From a virus (lineage: Duplodnaviria > Caudoviricetes), in the IMG/VR virus record IMGVR_UViG_3300008108_000486, positions 1-56,031 of that record: a DNA stretch of 56,031 bases; one strand, given 5' to 3'. This document shows positions 9,472 to 18,509 of the stretch, one piece after another. The notes below the pieces were generated by a model. It was not told the DNA's origin, searched no databases, and was given only the letters and a program-made list of their open reading frames with translations. The translations under genes were made by a program, and so were the position numbers. Within the stretch, counting starts at the first letter, position 1. Every line of letters starts with the position of its first letter.

Positions 9472-10134
9472 GTGGTGACGACACCTCATTACGATGTAGC
9501 AATAGCAACGCCTGGACACTCTGTAAAAGCTGAATATGTCAGGAGTCTTGTTAAGACATGTGCCAAATTGGATGAGTGGGGTCTGAGTTATACATGGCTA
9601 AACAAATACTCAAGCTTTGTACCTAGTGCTCGAGAACTTACTGCAACTGACACCTACAGCCATAACTGGGCAACTAATGTTATTGGTTCCGGGACCTTCA
9701 GCTGTGGAAAAATCTTCTGGATCGATTCTGACATCGAATGGGAAGTTGAGGATTTCCTAAAGCTGCTGACCTCATCTGAAAGTATTATTTCCGGGTTGTA
9801 CCAGACCTCGCCTGATGGAACCGTTGCTGTGAATCGCCTTGATGAGAAGGGTCGTCCTATGAAGGTCAATAGGGCTGAGTTCATGCTGGATGACGAGCCT
9901 GTAGAGGTCGGAGGGGTAGGATTTGGGTTTGTGGCTATGAAGCCTGAAGTCTTTGAGAAAGTGCCTAGACCTTGGTTTTTGATTGATAGGGTCAAATGGG
10001 ACGAAGTGGACTTTGAGTGCAATGTGGGTGAGGATTACTCCTTCTGCAACCATGCTAGAAAAGCTGGGTTCAAAATCATGGTTGACCCCCTAGTCAGGGT
10101 CAAGCACCATAAAGAGACTGTTTACCTGCCTTAA
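9472..10134 (+). CDS. GT-A fold glycosyltransferase-like protein
   Basis: IATP, WIDSDI (DxD), GFGFVAM, PRPWF, GEDYSFC, VKH. Confidence 0.85.
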   Translation: MVTTPHYDVAIATPGHSVKAEYVRSLVKTCAKLDEWGLSYTWLNKYSSFVPSARELTATDTYSHNWATNVIGSGTFSCGKIFWIDSDIEWEVEDFLKLLTSSESIISGLYQTSPDGTVAVNRLDEKGRPMKVNRAEFMLDDEPVEVGGVGFGFVAMKPEVFEKVPRPWFLIDRVKWDEVDFECNVGEDYSFCNHARKAGFKIMVDPLVRVKHHKETVYLP

Positions 10135-10136
10135 AA

Positions 10137-10273
10137 ACATTACAAGACATTCCGAGACATTCCAACATTACGAGATACGATTTTGTTACCAGGTAGATCC
10201 TGCGCCTTGATATAAAAAACTCTATATAACTTAATTAAGGAATGTCAGAATGTCTTGTAATGTCTCGTAATGT
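10137..10273. repeat. two inverted clusters of ~10-bp ACATT(A/C)C(A/G)AG repeats flanking an AT-rich core
   Basis: ACATTACAAG, ACATTCCGAG, ACATTCCA, ACATTACGAG (10137-10174); reverse complements GGAATGT, CAGAATGT, CTTGTAATGT, CTCGTAATGT (10239-10273). Confidence 0.8.
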
Positions 10274-10655
10274 CGGGGGATGTTGGGGATTATTTTGATT
10301 ATTTTATTATCGATTATGGTATATTAGTGCCTATTCTGGATTTTTGGCTTTTAGGGGGGTAAAAATGGGGTCCAAGAAAAAAGTGCAGGAAAGTGGATAT
10401 TTAAACATGCGGTCAAAAAATATAAGATTTTTGAAGGATATAGCTTTACCGCATAATTATAAAATTATATACTATGTATTGTATTAGTATCTATGTTTTT
10501 GTATCGCGTGTGTGCGTGCGCTACGGACCTGGCAAAAACTATAGTCACTAATATGAGCTATAATCTATAGTCTATAATCTAGGAGAAAATAAGCGTAAAC
10601 TATCCCTTGACTATTGATTATCGAGGGTATAGATTATTCTCAAAGAAGGAGCGAC

Positions 10656-10835
10656 ATGAGTGATAAAAAGTTAGCTGAGATTTCTCAGGACTTAGACAAG
10701 GTTGAGTTTCGCATTAAGAAAATGGGAGATGAGATCAAAGCTTTGAGGTTGTTGGTTGAGAAAGAAGCCAAGGACATCAAAGAGATTCTGTCGATTCTAA
10801 AATTCCGAGAGGAGTTAGATAGTGCAGGAAAGTAA
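10656..10835 (+). CDS. hypothetical coiled-coil protein
   Basis: RBS GAAGGAG before MSDKKL; TTGACT/TAGATT promoter-like sequence upstream. Confidence 0.65.
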   Translation: MSDKKLAEISQDLDKVEFRIKKMGDEIKALRLLVEKEAKDIKEILSILKFREELDSAGK

Positions 10836-11085
10836 ACCAAGTCTCAAGTTAGTTACTGAGATGAGTAACGAAGAAGTCGAAGATGCAGTTGAGTTCAACA
10901 TGATTGAGACTGCTGCACTTGGATTATTGAAACGGTGGTTTCCTAAAACGGTTCCAACCGATATCGAGAAGTGGTCAGAGATTGCTTATGAGGATGCTCA
11001 TGCTGCTTTGACTGCTTTAAGTGAAGCAGGGTATCAACTAAAGATCGAAAGGACAGAAGAGACAAATGACACTGACAGTATTTGA
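10822..11085 (+). CDS. hypothetical protein
   Basis: RBS GAGGAG; overlapping operon. Confidence 0.65.
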   Translation: MQESKPSLKLVTEMSNEEVEDAVEFNMIETAALGLLKRWFPKTVPTDIEKWSEIAYEDAHAALTALSEAGYQLKIERTEETNDTDSI

Positions 11086-11287
11086 TTTAGCTTTGATTGG
11101 AGCAACAACTGGGTTAACCAGTTTCTTCTCATTTCTTAGCGCAATGATCTACATGAAAGTTCGTGACACCAGACGAAAAAGAATCGTCATGGAAGAGATG
11201 CTTGAGCAAATGCATGACCAAGCAAAAACACATCAAGAGTTCGAAGAGATTGTCGAACGCTTTAGAAAGAATCAAGGAGGCGAGTAG
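11066..11287 (+). CDS. hypothetical membrane protein
   Basis: N-terminal TM helix followed by a basic patch. Confidence 0.65.
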   Translation: MTLTVFDLALIGATTGLTSFFSFLSAMIYMKVRDTRRKRIVMEEMLEQMHDQAKTHQEFEEIVERFRKNQGGE

Positions 11288-11811
11288 TGAGTAATCCAGC
11301 CTTAGATGCTTTAGCTGCTATGGGAGTCGATGTTCAAAAAATCGATATCTTAGATAACAGCAAAAGTAATAATAGAAGCGTAGACAGGAGAATCTGTATC
11401 TGTGGGCATTCAGTCGACAGACACAAAGACCCAAACACTCCTTGGCCATATACGCCAATTCTAAAAACAGGTAATCCAGATAATCCATTTATCTGCCAAC
11501 CCAATGCGATGACTTGTAACTGTAAAAAAGTCATACCAGTTCTGTTGGTCTCTAACCCAAAGTACTTCTTGAAAAAGACAGAAGGTCATGGGGAACTTCA
11601 TGCTTTGACTAGAGGTATTCGAGGTCTAGCCAAGGTCGAAGGTCATACAATGGAATGGCTAATAGATCCTCAATGCCGACTTTGTGGTTGCACTGGAGCA
11701 GCAGAACGAATTGTTCCAGCATCTTTCACTGCCAGTGGAGAACTTAAAAAGTCACAAGGTTCTGATGGCTACGACGCTTTCATTTGTGAAAAGTGTAGGA
11801 TGACACAATGA
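11287..11811 (+). CDS. Cys-rich hypothetical protein
   Basis: CICGH, CNC, CRLC and CEKC motifs; RBS AGGAGG. Confidence 0.7.
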   Translation: MSNPALDALAAMGVDVQKIDILDNSKSNNRSVDRRICICGHSVDRHKDPNTPWPYTPILKTGNPDNPFICQPNAMTCNCKKVIPVLLVSNPKYFLKKTEGHGELHALTRGIRGLAKVEGHTMEWLIDPQCRLCGCTGAAERIVPASFTASGELKKSQGSDGYDAFICEKCRMTQ

Positions 11812-12134
11812 GCGAATTAGATAAAACATTTCAAGAGACCATTTTCAACACTTTGGCTACCTTGCTTGCTCAAAACAAATTCGACAGTGATACGCAACTA
11901 GATATCTACTTGGCAATGAAACAAGCTGCCTTAGATATGCAGGAAGCAAAAGCTGATCAGATTAGAGCAAAGATTTCAGAGTGGGACTCAATGTATGGAG
12001 GAGCAGATAACAGTCTTTACACCCTAGGACTTCGTCATGCTTTAGATATAATAACTAATGAAGTTGCAACTGACCTCAATGGTTATGACGGTGAGAAGTA
12101 CCAAAAGGAAGAGACGGATGGATTTTCGATTTAA
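11808..12134 (+). CDS. hypothetical protein
   Basis: ATGA coupling. Confidence 0.65.
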   Translation: MSELDKTFQETIFNTLATLLAQNKFDSDTQLDIYLAMKQAALDMQEAKADQIRAKISEWDSMYGGADNSLYTLGLRHALDIITNEVATDLNGYDGEKYQKEETDGFSI

Positions 12135-12261
12135 GAAAACTGCAGAGGAGCTAAGACGACTTTTGGAATTACGAAGGTCGTCTGCTTCTCGTCCTATCGA
12201 CTCAAAAAAGAATTACAAAAGAAAATCTAAACATCCAAAGAGGGAACTCGATGAGCAGTAA
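12118..12261 (+). CDS. small basic protein
   Basis: MDFRFKK..ELRRSSAS...KRKSKH, coupled to its neighbours. Confidence 0.55.
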   Translation: MDFRFKKTAEELRRLLELRRSSASRPIDSKKNYKRKSKHPKRELDEQ

Positions 12262-12466
12262 ATCTGTCAAAGTAGAAATCGTAGAAAGAACCTATGAAGG
12301 TGAGTTCACTACTTGGGAAGCAACGCTTTGGTATCTTGATGAAATCATTTGCGAATGCACTGGACCGACTTTCTATGGAGTCCTAGATTGCGTGATGGAA
12401 ACTTTGGAAAATGAAGGAACTCCAGTCGATCTTGATTGGTTACGACAAGACTCAAATAAAAACTAA
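12251..12466 (+). CDS. hypothetical protein
   Basis: Coupled ORF with RBS. Confidence 0.6.
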   Translation: MSSKSVKVEIVERTYEGEFTTWEATLWYLDEIICECTGPTFYGVLDCVMETLENEGTPVDLDWLRQDSNKN

Positions 12467-12697
12467 TTTCAGAAGCACTTTTTTGGTCATACTTTTGACC
12501 TAGTTCGTACAACTTTCTCTATAATGAAACATCATTAAAAAGTCCTTATTTCACGCTTATTTTCATAATTTTGTTTATGAAAGTCTTAAACCGTCATGTT
12601 GTCAAACAACTTTCCCAAAAATTTTTTACCCCCTAACAGTCATGCCATTATATGTATCACGGGGCAAAGTTTTTTACCCCCGTAGAAACGAGTACTC

Positions 12698-12979
12698 GTG
12701 ATTAACAAAGCAGCACTAGAGTCGTATGTGCGTAACCTCGCAGGTCAAATTATTGGCGCAGTAATGATCGTCATGCAGACCAGCGGTATCGCCTCACCAC
12801 TCGAGTTCGGTACAGGTGAATGGTTGTTGGTTGCCAACGCCCTTTGGGCATCTGTCATCCCAACAGCACTTCGTTGGTTGAATAAGAAAGACCCAGCCTT
12901 TGGCCGTGTCGCCGAGGCAGCAGCTAAAGAAGCCGGGAAAAAACTGGCTGACGCAGCTGACAAAGCAAAGAAGAAATAA
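12698..12979 (+). CDS. putative holin / small membrane protein
   Basis: Two hydrophobic segments, LRWLN..D.AFG motif, charged C-terminus. Confidence 0.5.
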   Translation: MINKAALESYVRNLAGQIIGAVMIVMQTSGIASPLEFGTGEWLLVANALWASVIPTALRWLNKKDPAFGRVAEAAAKEAGKKLADAADKAKKK

Positions 12980-13056
12980 TAACTTAATAGGAACCCCTAG
13001 GGGGGTAAAAACTTCCTAGGGGTCTTTCCATCCATGAGGGGTAAAAAAGTTTTCCA

Positions 13057-13989
13057 ATGACGGACATCGTGCCAACAGATTTCGACGGAGCTGAAGACAG
13101 CCCGGAAAAAACATTTCCACTTGTCGATACGCCATATGACAAACGGCCCAATCTTGAAGAACTCGGTATTATAGAGATAGAGAGAGGTGTCTGTGAGGAC
13201 ACCGTAGAAAATCGGCGAGCACTTCGCCATGCAATGCTCAAATGGGATTATGTGTATGACACAACTGGGAACGCAACTGGTCACATAGCCGCTAGGTCCA
13301 TCGAACAACAACGGGACAGAGCGATGATCAGCATCAACCAGAAGAAACAACTCTTGTTAGATCCCGGAAATATCAACTCAGATTTCTTGACGGGCCTTGA
13401 TCTCCTCCTCGATGACGATGCTTCAAAGATAGTTCCGGGTTGGGTACTTGGTGCTACGAGAGTCTGGCAAAAAGAGCAGGAAACTGGCGGACCTGTTTCC
13501 GCCCGCCGCCAACCAGCAGGTCTACCCGGAAGATGCACAATGATTAAAACGGATGGTCTTCGTTGTATGTTGTGGCACAGCGGCAGAATCAAAGACGCAG
13601 GTCTGTGCAATCTCCATCTCGGCTCCACTCGTAGAACTACAAGTTCAGTGGAACGGGCCCGGGAAAAGGTAAGTCAGATTTCCATTTACGCAGTCGATGT
13701 CCTTGAGGAACTAATGGACACCGCCCAATCCGAACCAGTCAAACTCAAAGCGGCCACAGAGATTCTTGACCGTGCTGGTGTTCGTGGCGGTATCGAACTT
13801 GGCGTTGAGGTAAATGTTAATGAACGGCCAGCGGGAGAGATTCTTAGAGAGCGGCTAGAAAGACTGAAGGCCGCAGCAGTTGAGCAAGTTATTATTTCCA
13901 CAGACAACGGCGTGGAAACGCAAGAGATTTATGAAGTTACAGATGTGACACCTAGAGAAGACGGATCGGATCCAGATGCCCGGAAATAA
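13057..13989 (+). CDS. putative terminase small subunit / DNA-binding protein
   Basis: Zn-finger RC..IKTDG.RC...LC.LH followed by AVDVLEELM..AQSEPVKLKAATEILDRAG helix motif common in TerS-like proteins. Confidence 0.55.
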   Translation: MTDIVPTDFDGAEDSPEKTFPLVDTPYDKRPNLEELGIIEIERGVCEDTVENRRALRHAMLKWDYVYDTTGNATGHIAARSIEQQRDRAMISINQKKQLLLDPGNINSDFLTGLDLLLDDDASKIVPGWVLGATRVWQKEQETGGPVSARRQPAGLPGRCTMIKTDGLRCMLWHSGRIKDAGLCNLHLGSTRRTTSSVERAREKVSQISIYAVDVLEELMDTAQSEPVKLKAATEILDRAGVRGGIELGVEVNVNERPAGEILRERLERLKAAAVEQVIISTDNGVETQEIYEVTDVTPREDGSDPDARK

Positions 13990-14140
13990 CAATATCGAAC
14001 AGCTTGAGGAGCTAGCGGCCCGCCTTCAGGAAGATATAATATTAGCTAAGTCCCGTGAAGAACATGTTCGTTTAACGGCACGGGCAAATGAAGCTGCAGC
14101 TATACTCCAGGAAATGAAAACTCCAGAACAAACAATTTAA
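13976..14140 (+). CDS. hypothetical protein (54 aa, not in the ORF track)
   Basis: Manual translation MPGNNNIEQLEELAARLQEDII...; overlaps the upstream stop. Confidence 0.55.
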   Translation: MPGNNNIEQLEELAARLQEDIILAKSREEHVRLTARANEAAAILQEMKTPEQTI

Positions 14141-15051
14141 AGATCCGAAGCTGCCGGGCGGCGAGGGATTGCGAGCGCTTATATATAACGGTCAGCCCTC
14201 GAGCTCAGATCCATATACTGGAACGGATGTTGTTAGTTCCGGGTACAGCTAGCTGCAGATCCACAACTGCCTGTGGACAAACGGACAGACTTAGAATTAA
14301 CCCTGTACGCCTCTTGCACTTATATGACGGGTATGTTTTAATCAACACCTTGTCTCAGTGGGAGTCAACGCTCGAAAGAATCACGGGTCACTTATTCATA
14401 CCCATGCATAACCGGGCGAAGGACGATCATGACATGGGTGTTCGCGGTTTGTGATTCTTCCCAATTCGCACTCGAGTCGTACCTGCTCCCACTGGGCGTC
14501 CCTTTAAAAACAAACAACACAGGTTGTGATCAGCTGCGCCTGGAACTAACAAGTCAATGTAGCAGAGCTGCAGCTGTCAAGCTTTTTAATTTTTCATTTC
14601 CGGGAAGAGCCCTCTTCGCAAAGCGGACAAATCCCCGGTACTCCAGAAGACCATCCAGGTCCCGGAAAAAACAATGTCATCAGCGGCCAGATCTGCAGCT
14701 GCTGCCTTCGATGCATTTGGAGTTGTGAGTTCCGGGAATTAATTACACGGTTGTGGTTCTGGCGGTGGAGGCGGAGGCGGCGTGCAAGCTTAAGCCCGGA
14801 AATAACAAAACAATGGCAGCGGCCTGGGATCCGACGGGGGTCCCCCGGAAATTACAACGGCAAGTTACTGGCCAGTACAGCTGCAGAGCTCAGCGGCAAG
14901 ACATCTTGTTATTTCCAGGAGGAAGATCGGATTGTTGAATTTTCAACCAGGCGGCGAGGGATAGGGGGGTAAAAAATATAACGGTGCGGGGTCTTGACAT
15001 AGCGGCAAGGGAATGCGAGGGTATATATCCAACGGATGAGGAAGTGACGAC

Positions 15052-15489
15052 ATGCAAACATTCTTGCCATATGCAGAATTCGAACGGAGTGCACAGGTAC
15101 TCGACTACAGGAGACTGGGTAAACAACGGGTAGAGACATGGCAATTGATCAGAGCAATAAACGGTGAGACCAGAGGCTGGAGGAATCATCCTGCAGCAGT
15201 GATGTGGAGGGACCATGTCCCAGCGCTCGCAGTCTACGGAAAAGTTATTTGCGAGGAATGGATTCGCCGCGGGTACAACGACTCGATGCTGCCGCGATTT
15301 GAAGAAATCATTTCCGGGTGCAGCGAAGAGGAGCTCCAGATGCCATCTTGGCTGGGAACTGAAAACTTTCATGAGTCTCATCGCAGCAATCTGCTTCGTA
15401 AGTTCCCGGAGTACTACAGGTCCCATTGGCCAGAACTTCAAGATGACCTGCCATATGTGTGGCCTGTGGATAACTTGGTCGGGGTCTGA
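15052..15489 (+). CDS. MSMEG_6728-family pyrimidine-dimer glycosylase-like protein
   Basis: MQTFLPY, LD.RRLGKQRVE, HPAAVMW, SHRSNLLRK, YVWP. Confidence 0.9.
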   Translation: MQTFLPYAEFERSAQVLDYRRLGKQRVETWQLIRAINGETRGWRNHPAAVMWRDHVPALAVYGKVICEEWIRRGYNDSMLPRFEEIISGCSEEELQMPSWLGTENFHESHRSNLLRKFPEYYRSHWPELQDDLPYVWPVDNLVGV

Positions 15490-15656
15490 CGAGGAGGGCC
15501 CGAAGATCCAGCCTGGAACTAACAATGTTTGAAGACATCGACAGCTGCAGCTGAATTTAAAAAATTCTTTCTGGGAATACTTGACATGCATTCTAGAGTT
15601 CTATAATATAAATTCCACTAGGGAACCCTAGGGTTTAAATGACGAAAGGAATTGCA

Positions 15657-16097
15657 ATGGGTTACACACATTACTACTCGAAGGTCGACTCATCACGAGA
15701 CGACGCCTTGAGATTCGAAATGTTTTCAATCGGCGCTCGCCGCATCATCGAATACGCAACTACATACGACGGAATTCAAATTGCCGACGGCATGGGCGAA
15801 CAGCTTGGCCAGTGGCAATGCACAAATGAAACTGTTTGGTTCAACGGCTACGGGCCAGATTCACACGAGACCTTTAACTGGTCCATCGATTCCTCTGGAT
15901 TTGGTTTTACAAAAACGGCAAGGAAACCATACGACGCTGTGGTGACGGCATGTCTTATCCACCTCAAAGATATCTATGGAGACTTGGTCAGTATCGGCTC
16001 GGACGGAGATTGGTCAGAGTGGCAAGACGGTGCACGGCTCTACCGCAACGCAACTGGTTTGACGGCGAGCGCACCATTCGAAACAGAAGCGGCTTGA
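15657..16097 (+). CDS. hypothetical early protein
   Basis: MGYTHY...FNG....HETF...FTKTARKPYD...SDG; promoter TTGACA at 15581 and RBS GAAAGGA. Confidence 0.8.
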   Translation: MGYTHYYSKVDSSRDDALRFEMFSIGARRIIEYATTYDGIQIADGMGEQLGQWQCTNETVWFNGYGPDSHETFNWSIDSSGFGFTKTARKPYDAVVTACLIHLKDIYGDLVSIGSDGDWSEWQDGARLYRNATGLTASAPFETEAA

Positions 16098-16207
16098 GAT
16101 AGCCCGGAAATAAGAACAACGGCGTGCCTTTAAGCGAGACCTGTGAGTCAGCAAGGCGCGTCGTTACTTTTTTGAAACAACGGCGAGGGAAAGGTGAGGG
16201 TATATAA

Positions 16208-16447
16208 ATGGGTCGCAAGATTGTGACACGGATAGAGTTTGAGTTCGATGAGGACCTGCTGTACGAGGGTTCTGATTCAACGGATGTAAGAAGTGACGAG
16301 GATGTGCTGGACTACGCAGCGGAGTGCTATGTCGACGATATTTACAACATGGTGAAGTACAACGAGTTGTATTCAGTTGCGAGGAGTCGAACAACTTTCG
16401 TTGATGACGCAGCCGCAGCTGCAGAACCCGGAAATAACAATGTTTGA
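16208..16447 (+). CDS. hypothetical acidic protein
   Basis: ATG ORF with upstream purine tract. Confidence 0.6.
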   Translation: MGRKIVTRIEFEFDEDLLYEGSDSTDVRSDEDVLDYAAECYVDDIYNMVKYNELYSVARSRTTFVDDAAAAAEPGNNNV

Positions 16448-16663
16448 TGTCCAGGGCCTGGATGGCATCCCAGGGCCAGGAAATAATAACTTCAAGAAGG
16501 AGAAGAATTCTGGCAGCGCTGTCCCGGAAATAATAATGTTCGCAGATGTCCAGGGCCCCAGGTCATCAGCCCGGAACTTAGAATGTTTTATTGCACCAGG
16601 GTCCTGAAGACCATCACCGGGAACTGACAACTCAACAAGCAGAGGACATGTCCAGTCAAACTC
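16427..16663 (+). repeat. five degenerate units with ~47-bp period, each starting CCNGGAA(A/C)T.A.AA
   Basis: GGAA cores at 16430, 16479, 16526, 16573 and 16620 (spacing 49,47,47,47). Confidence 0.75.
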
Positions 16664-16732
16664 TTGACAACAATCATTTCTCATTTCTATAATAAACTCT
16701 GTAATGGCAAATCAAATGACGAAAGGAAAGCC

Positions 16733-17365
16733 ATGCCAAACTGGTGCGACAACACTGTGTCCATTACTGGAACAGAAGAAGTAATCAAAAGATTAGAAGA
16801 GTTCGTAGGGAGACCAGTGGTTTCTCATGGTGAGAAAGTAGATGAACCTGTTTTTGCTTTAGGCAACATCAAACCCTCCACACCTGACCTAGACCCTAAA
16901 TACGCAATGTTCCCCTCAAAGGGCGACGACGATTGGTGGAGCAACAATGTAAATAGTTGGGGAACGAAGTGGGATGTGTTCGGCGAGGGCGTCGGCAAAT
17001 CAAGAAACAACGGAAGTGTTAGTTATAGTTTTTCGTCGGCTTGGTCCCCACCAACCCCAGTGATAGAACGGCTTGCCGAGATTTTCCCGGAAGTAAGAAT
17101 AGAGTTCAAGTATATGGAAACGGGCATGGACTTCTGGGGCGTTGAGATTTATGAGAACGGCGAGTTGGTATCCGAAGAGGGTGGTTCTATAAACCACAAG
17201 GCATACGAGGTAATGGAGTATGACGGATGCTACGCATGTCAGTCCTATGAGGAAGAGGGCGAGAGCGAGGAATACTTTGAGTATCTCCATGACGACTGCC
17301 CACCAAAAGTAGAACGGCTTGCCAAGAAAAAGAAGCGCAAGAAAAAAGAAACGGCGAGCGCATAG
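16733..17365 (+). CDS. DUF1281/YubB-like ferredoxin-fold protein (MPNWC family)
   Basis: MPNWCDN, NSWGTKWD, F.SAWSPP, YMETGMDF.G; promoter TTGACA(16664)-TATAAT. Confidence 0.85.
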   Translation: MPNWCDNTVSITGTEEVIKRLEEFVGRPVVSHGEKVDEPVFALGNIKPSTPDLDPKYAMFPSKGDDDWWSNNVNSWGTKWDVFGEGVGKSRNNGSVSYSFSSAWSPPTPVIERLAEIFPEVRIEFKYMETGMDFWGVEIYENGELVSEEGGSINHKAYEVMEYDGCYACQSYEEEGESEEYFEYLHDDCPPKVERLAKKKKRKKKETASA

Positions 17366-17524
17366 GGGGGTAAAAATCTAACGGCGAGGGGGTGGGGTAA
17401 AACCTGCCCCCAATCAAACGGCGAGGGAAAGACGGGAAGCTGGATCGGATCTCCCGGAACTGAAAACGGATAGATGACGCACAGCTCAGCACGCTAGACT
17501 TGACGGATAGAGAAAGGAACACCA

Positions 17525-17812
17525 GTGGGTCGAATACATTATTTTGATATTGACGGTAACTATGGAAACGCTGACAAAATAACAGTGATAGGCACAGAGC
17601 AATGGATACGAGAGGATTTCCTATTACTTCGTGAGTGTAAGGACGAGGATAGATATCTAGTCGCTCGTCTTGTATCTGACTGGATTACAGAGGGTCGAGA
17701 TAACAAGAAATACAAAAAAGAGTTCAAGAAGTATGGACTAAAGCCTCACGACACAATTCCCGAAGTTCCTGAAATCCCTGAAATCTTGAAAGAGGTTGAT
17801 GTAGCCAACTAA
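17525..17812 (+). CDS. hypothetical protein
   Basis: RBS GAAAGGA; YFDIDGNYG motif. Confidence 0.7.
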   Translation: MGRIHYFDIDGNYGNADKITVIGTEQWIREDFLLLRECKDEDRYLVARLVSDWITEGRDNKKYKKEFKKYGLKPHDTIPEVPEIPEILKEVDVAN

Positions 17813-17869
17813 TAATGTTAGTTCCCAGCCACAGTGCTTTGCTGACCTGAACGAACTAACTATCTAACT

Positions 17870-17924
17870 TTCTGCCCCCACGCTTTTACTCGTCATTTGA
17901 GCGTTGGGGGCAGAACTCTTTTTT
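17870..17924 (+). terminator. intrinsic terminator with an unusually large (15-nt) loop
   Basis: TTCTGCCCCCACGCT/AGCGTTGGGGGCAGAA stem followed by a T tract. Confidence 0.85.
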
Positions 17925-18044
17925 ACCCCCTTTCTCTATACGAACGACACGAAATAAATAAAACTTGATTTATAGAATAGAGTGTGGAAAAATTGTCTTA
18001 TGCGTTAGGGAACGCATGAACGACACAGAGAGAAAAGAGAGAAA

Positions 18045-18497
18045 ATGCTAGACAAAGACAAGCCTATTCAGGGTGTTTCTGTTTATGCCGAGTTTTCCAA
18101 GCCCGGCTATCGCACAGAGATTTTTATTACCCCTGACGGATTTTCCAACGAGGGCAAAGTAGTTCCTGCCAAAATCTTTAGCAGGATTACCAGCGCAGAC
18201 AAGCCAAAGAAAGTTTGGCAACAATACGCAGTTCAGTTAGTAGAGGACATGGCTAAGGTTGGTGAAACCTTGCTAGACCCTAGTAAGCGTGAGGACTATG
18301 TATCAAAGCGACTAGAGCATTTAGAAAATGTATTCGCAGGTTTAGTTGCTAATGAGTGGCAGATTACAAAAGAGCCTGTTCTCATAGAAACCAGCAAGAA
18401 CGACTTGTCTGAAATCGCAGAGAGCAAGACACCTGTAAAAATCGTTTATCGTATAAATCAGAGCAGGAAAGCACTTGGCTTTCCAGAAAACTTCTAG
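18045..18497 (+). CDS. hypothetical protein upstream of the AAA ATPase
   Basis: 150-aa ORF, first gene of the unit. Confidence 0.75.
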   Translation: MLDKDKPIQGVSVYAEFSKPGYRTEIFITPDGFSNEGKVVPAKIFSRITSADKPKKVWQQYAVQLVEDMAKVGETLLDPSKREDYVSKRLEHLENVFAGLVANEWQITKEPVLIETSKNDLSEIAESKTPVKIVYRINQSRKALGFPENF

Positions 18498-18509
18498 GGG
18501 GTATCCAAA

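Noticed and set aside
14227-15139. Short ORFs listed on both strands
   Set aside because: No RBS, atypical composition and dense DNA motifs; treated as non-coding
16427-16663. CRISPR array
   Set aside because: Conserved part is only about 14 bp and degenerate, with no palindromic repeat and no cas genes in the window; kept as an unexplained periodic array
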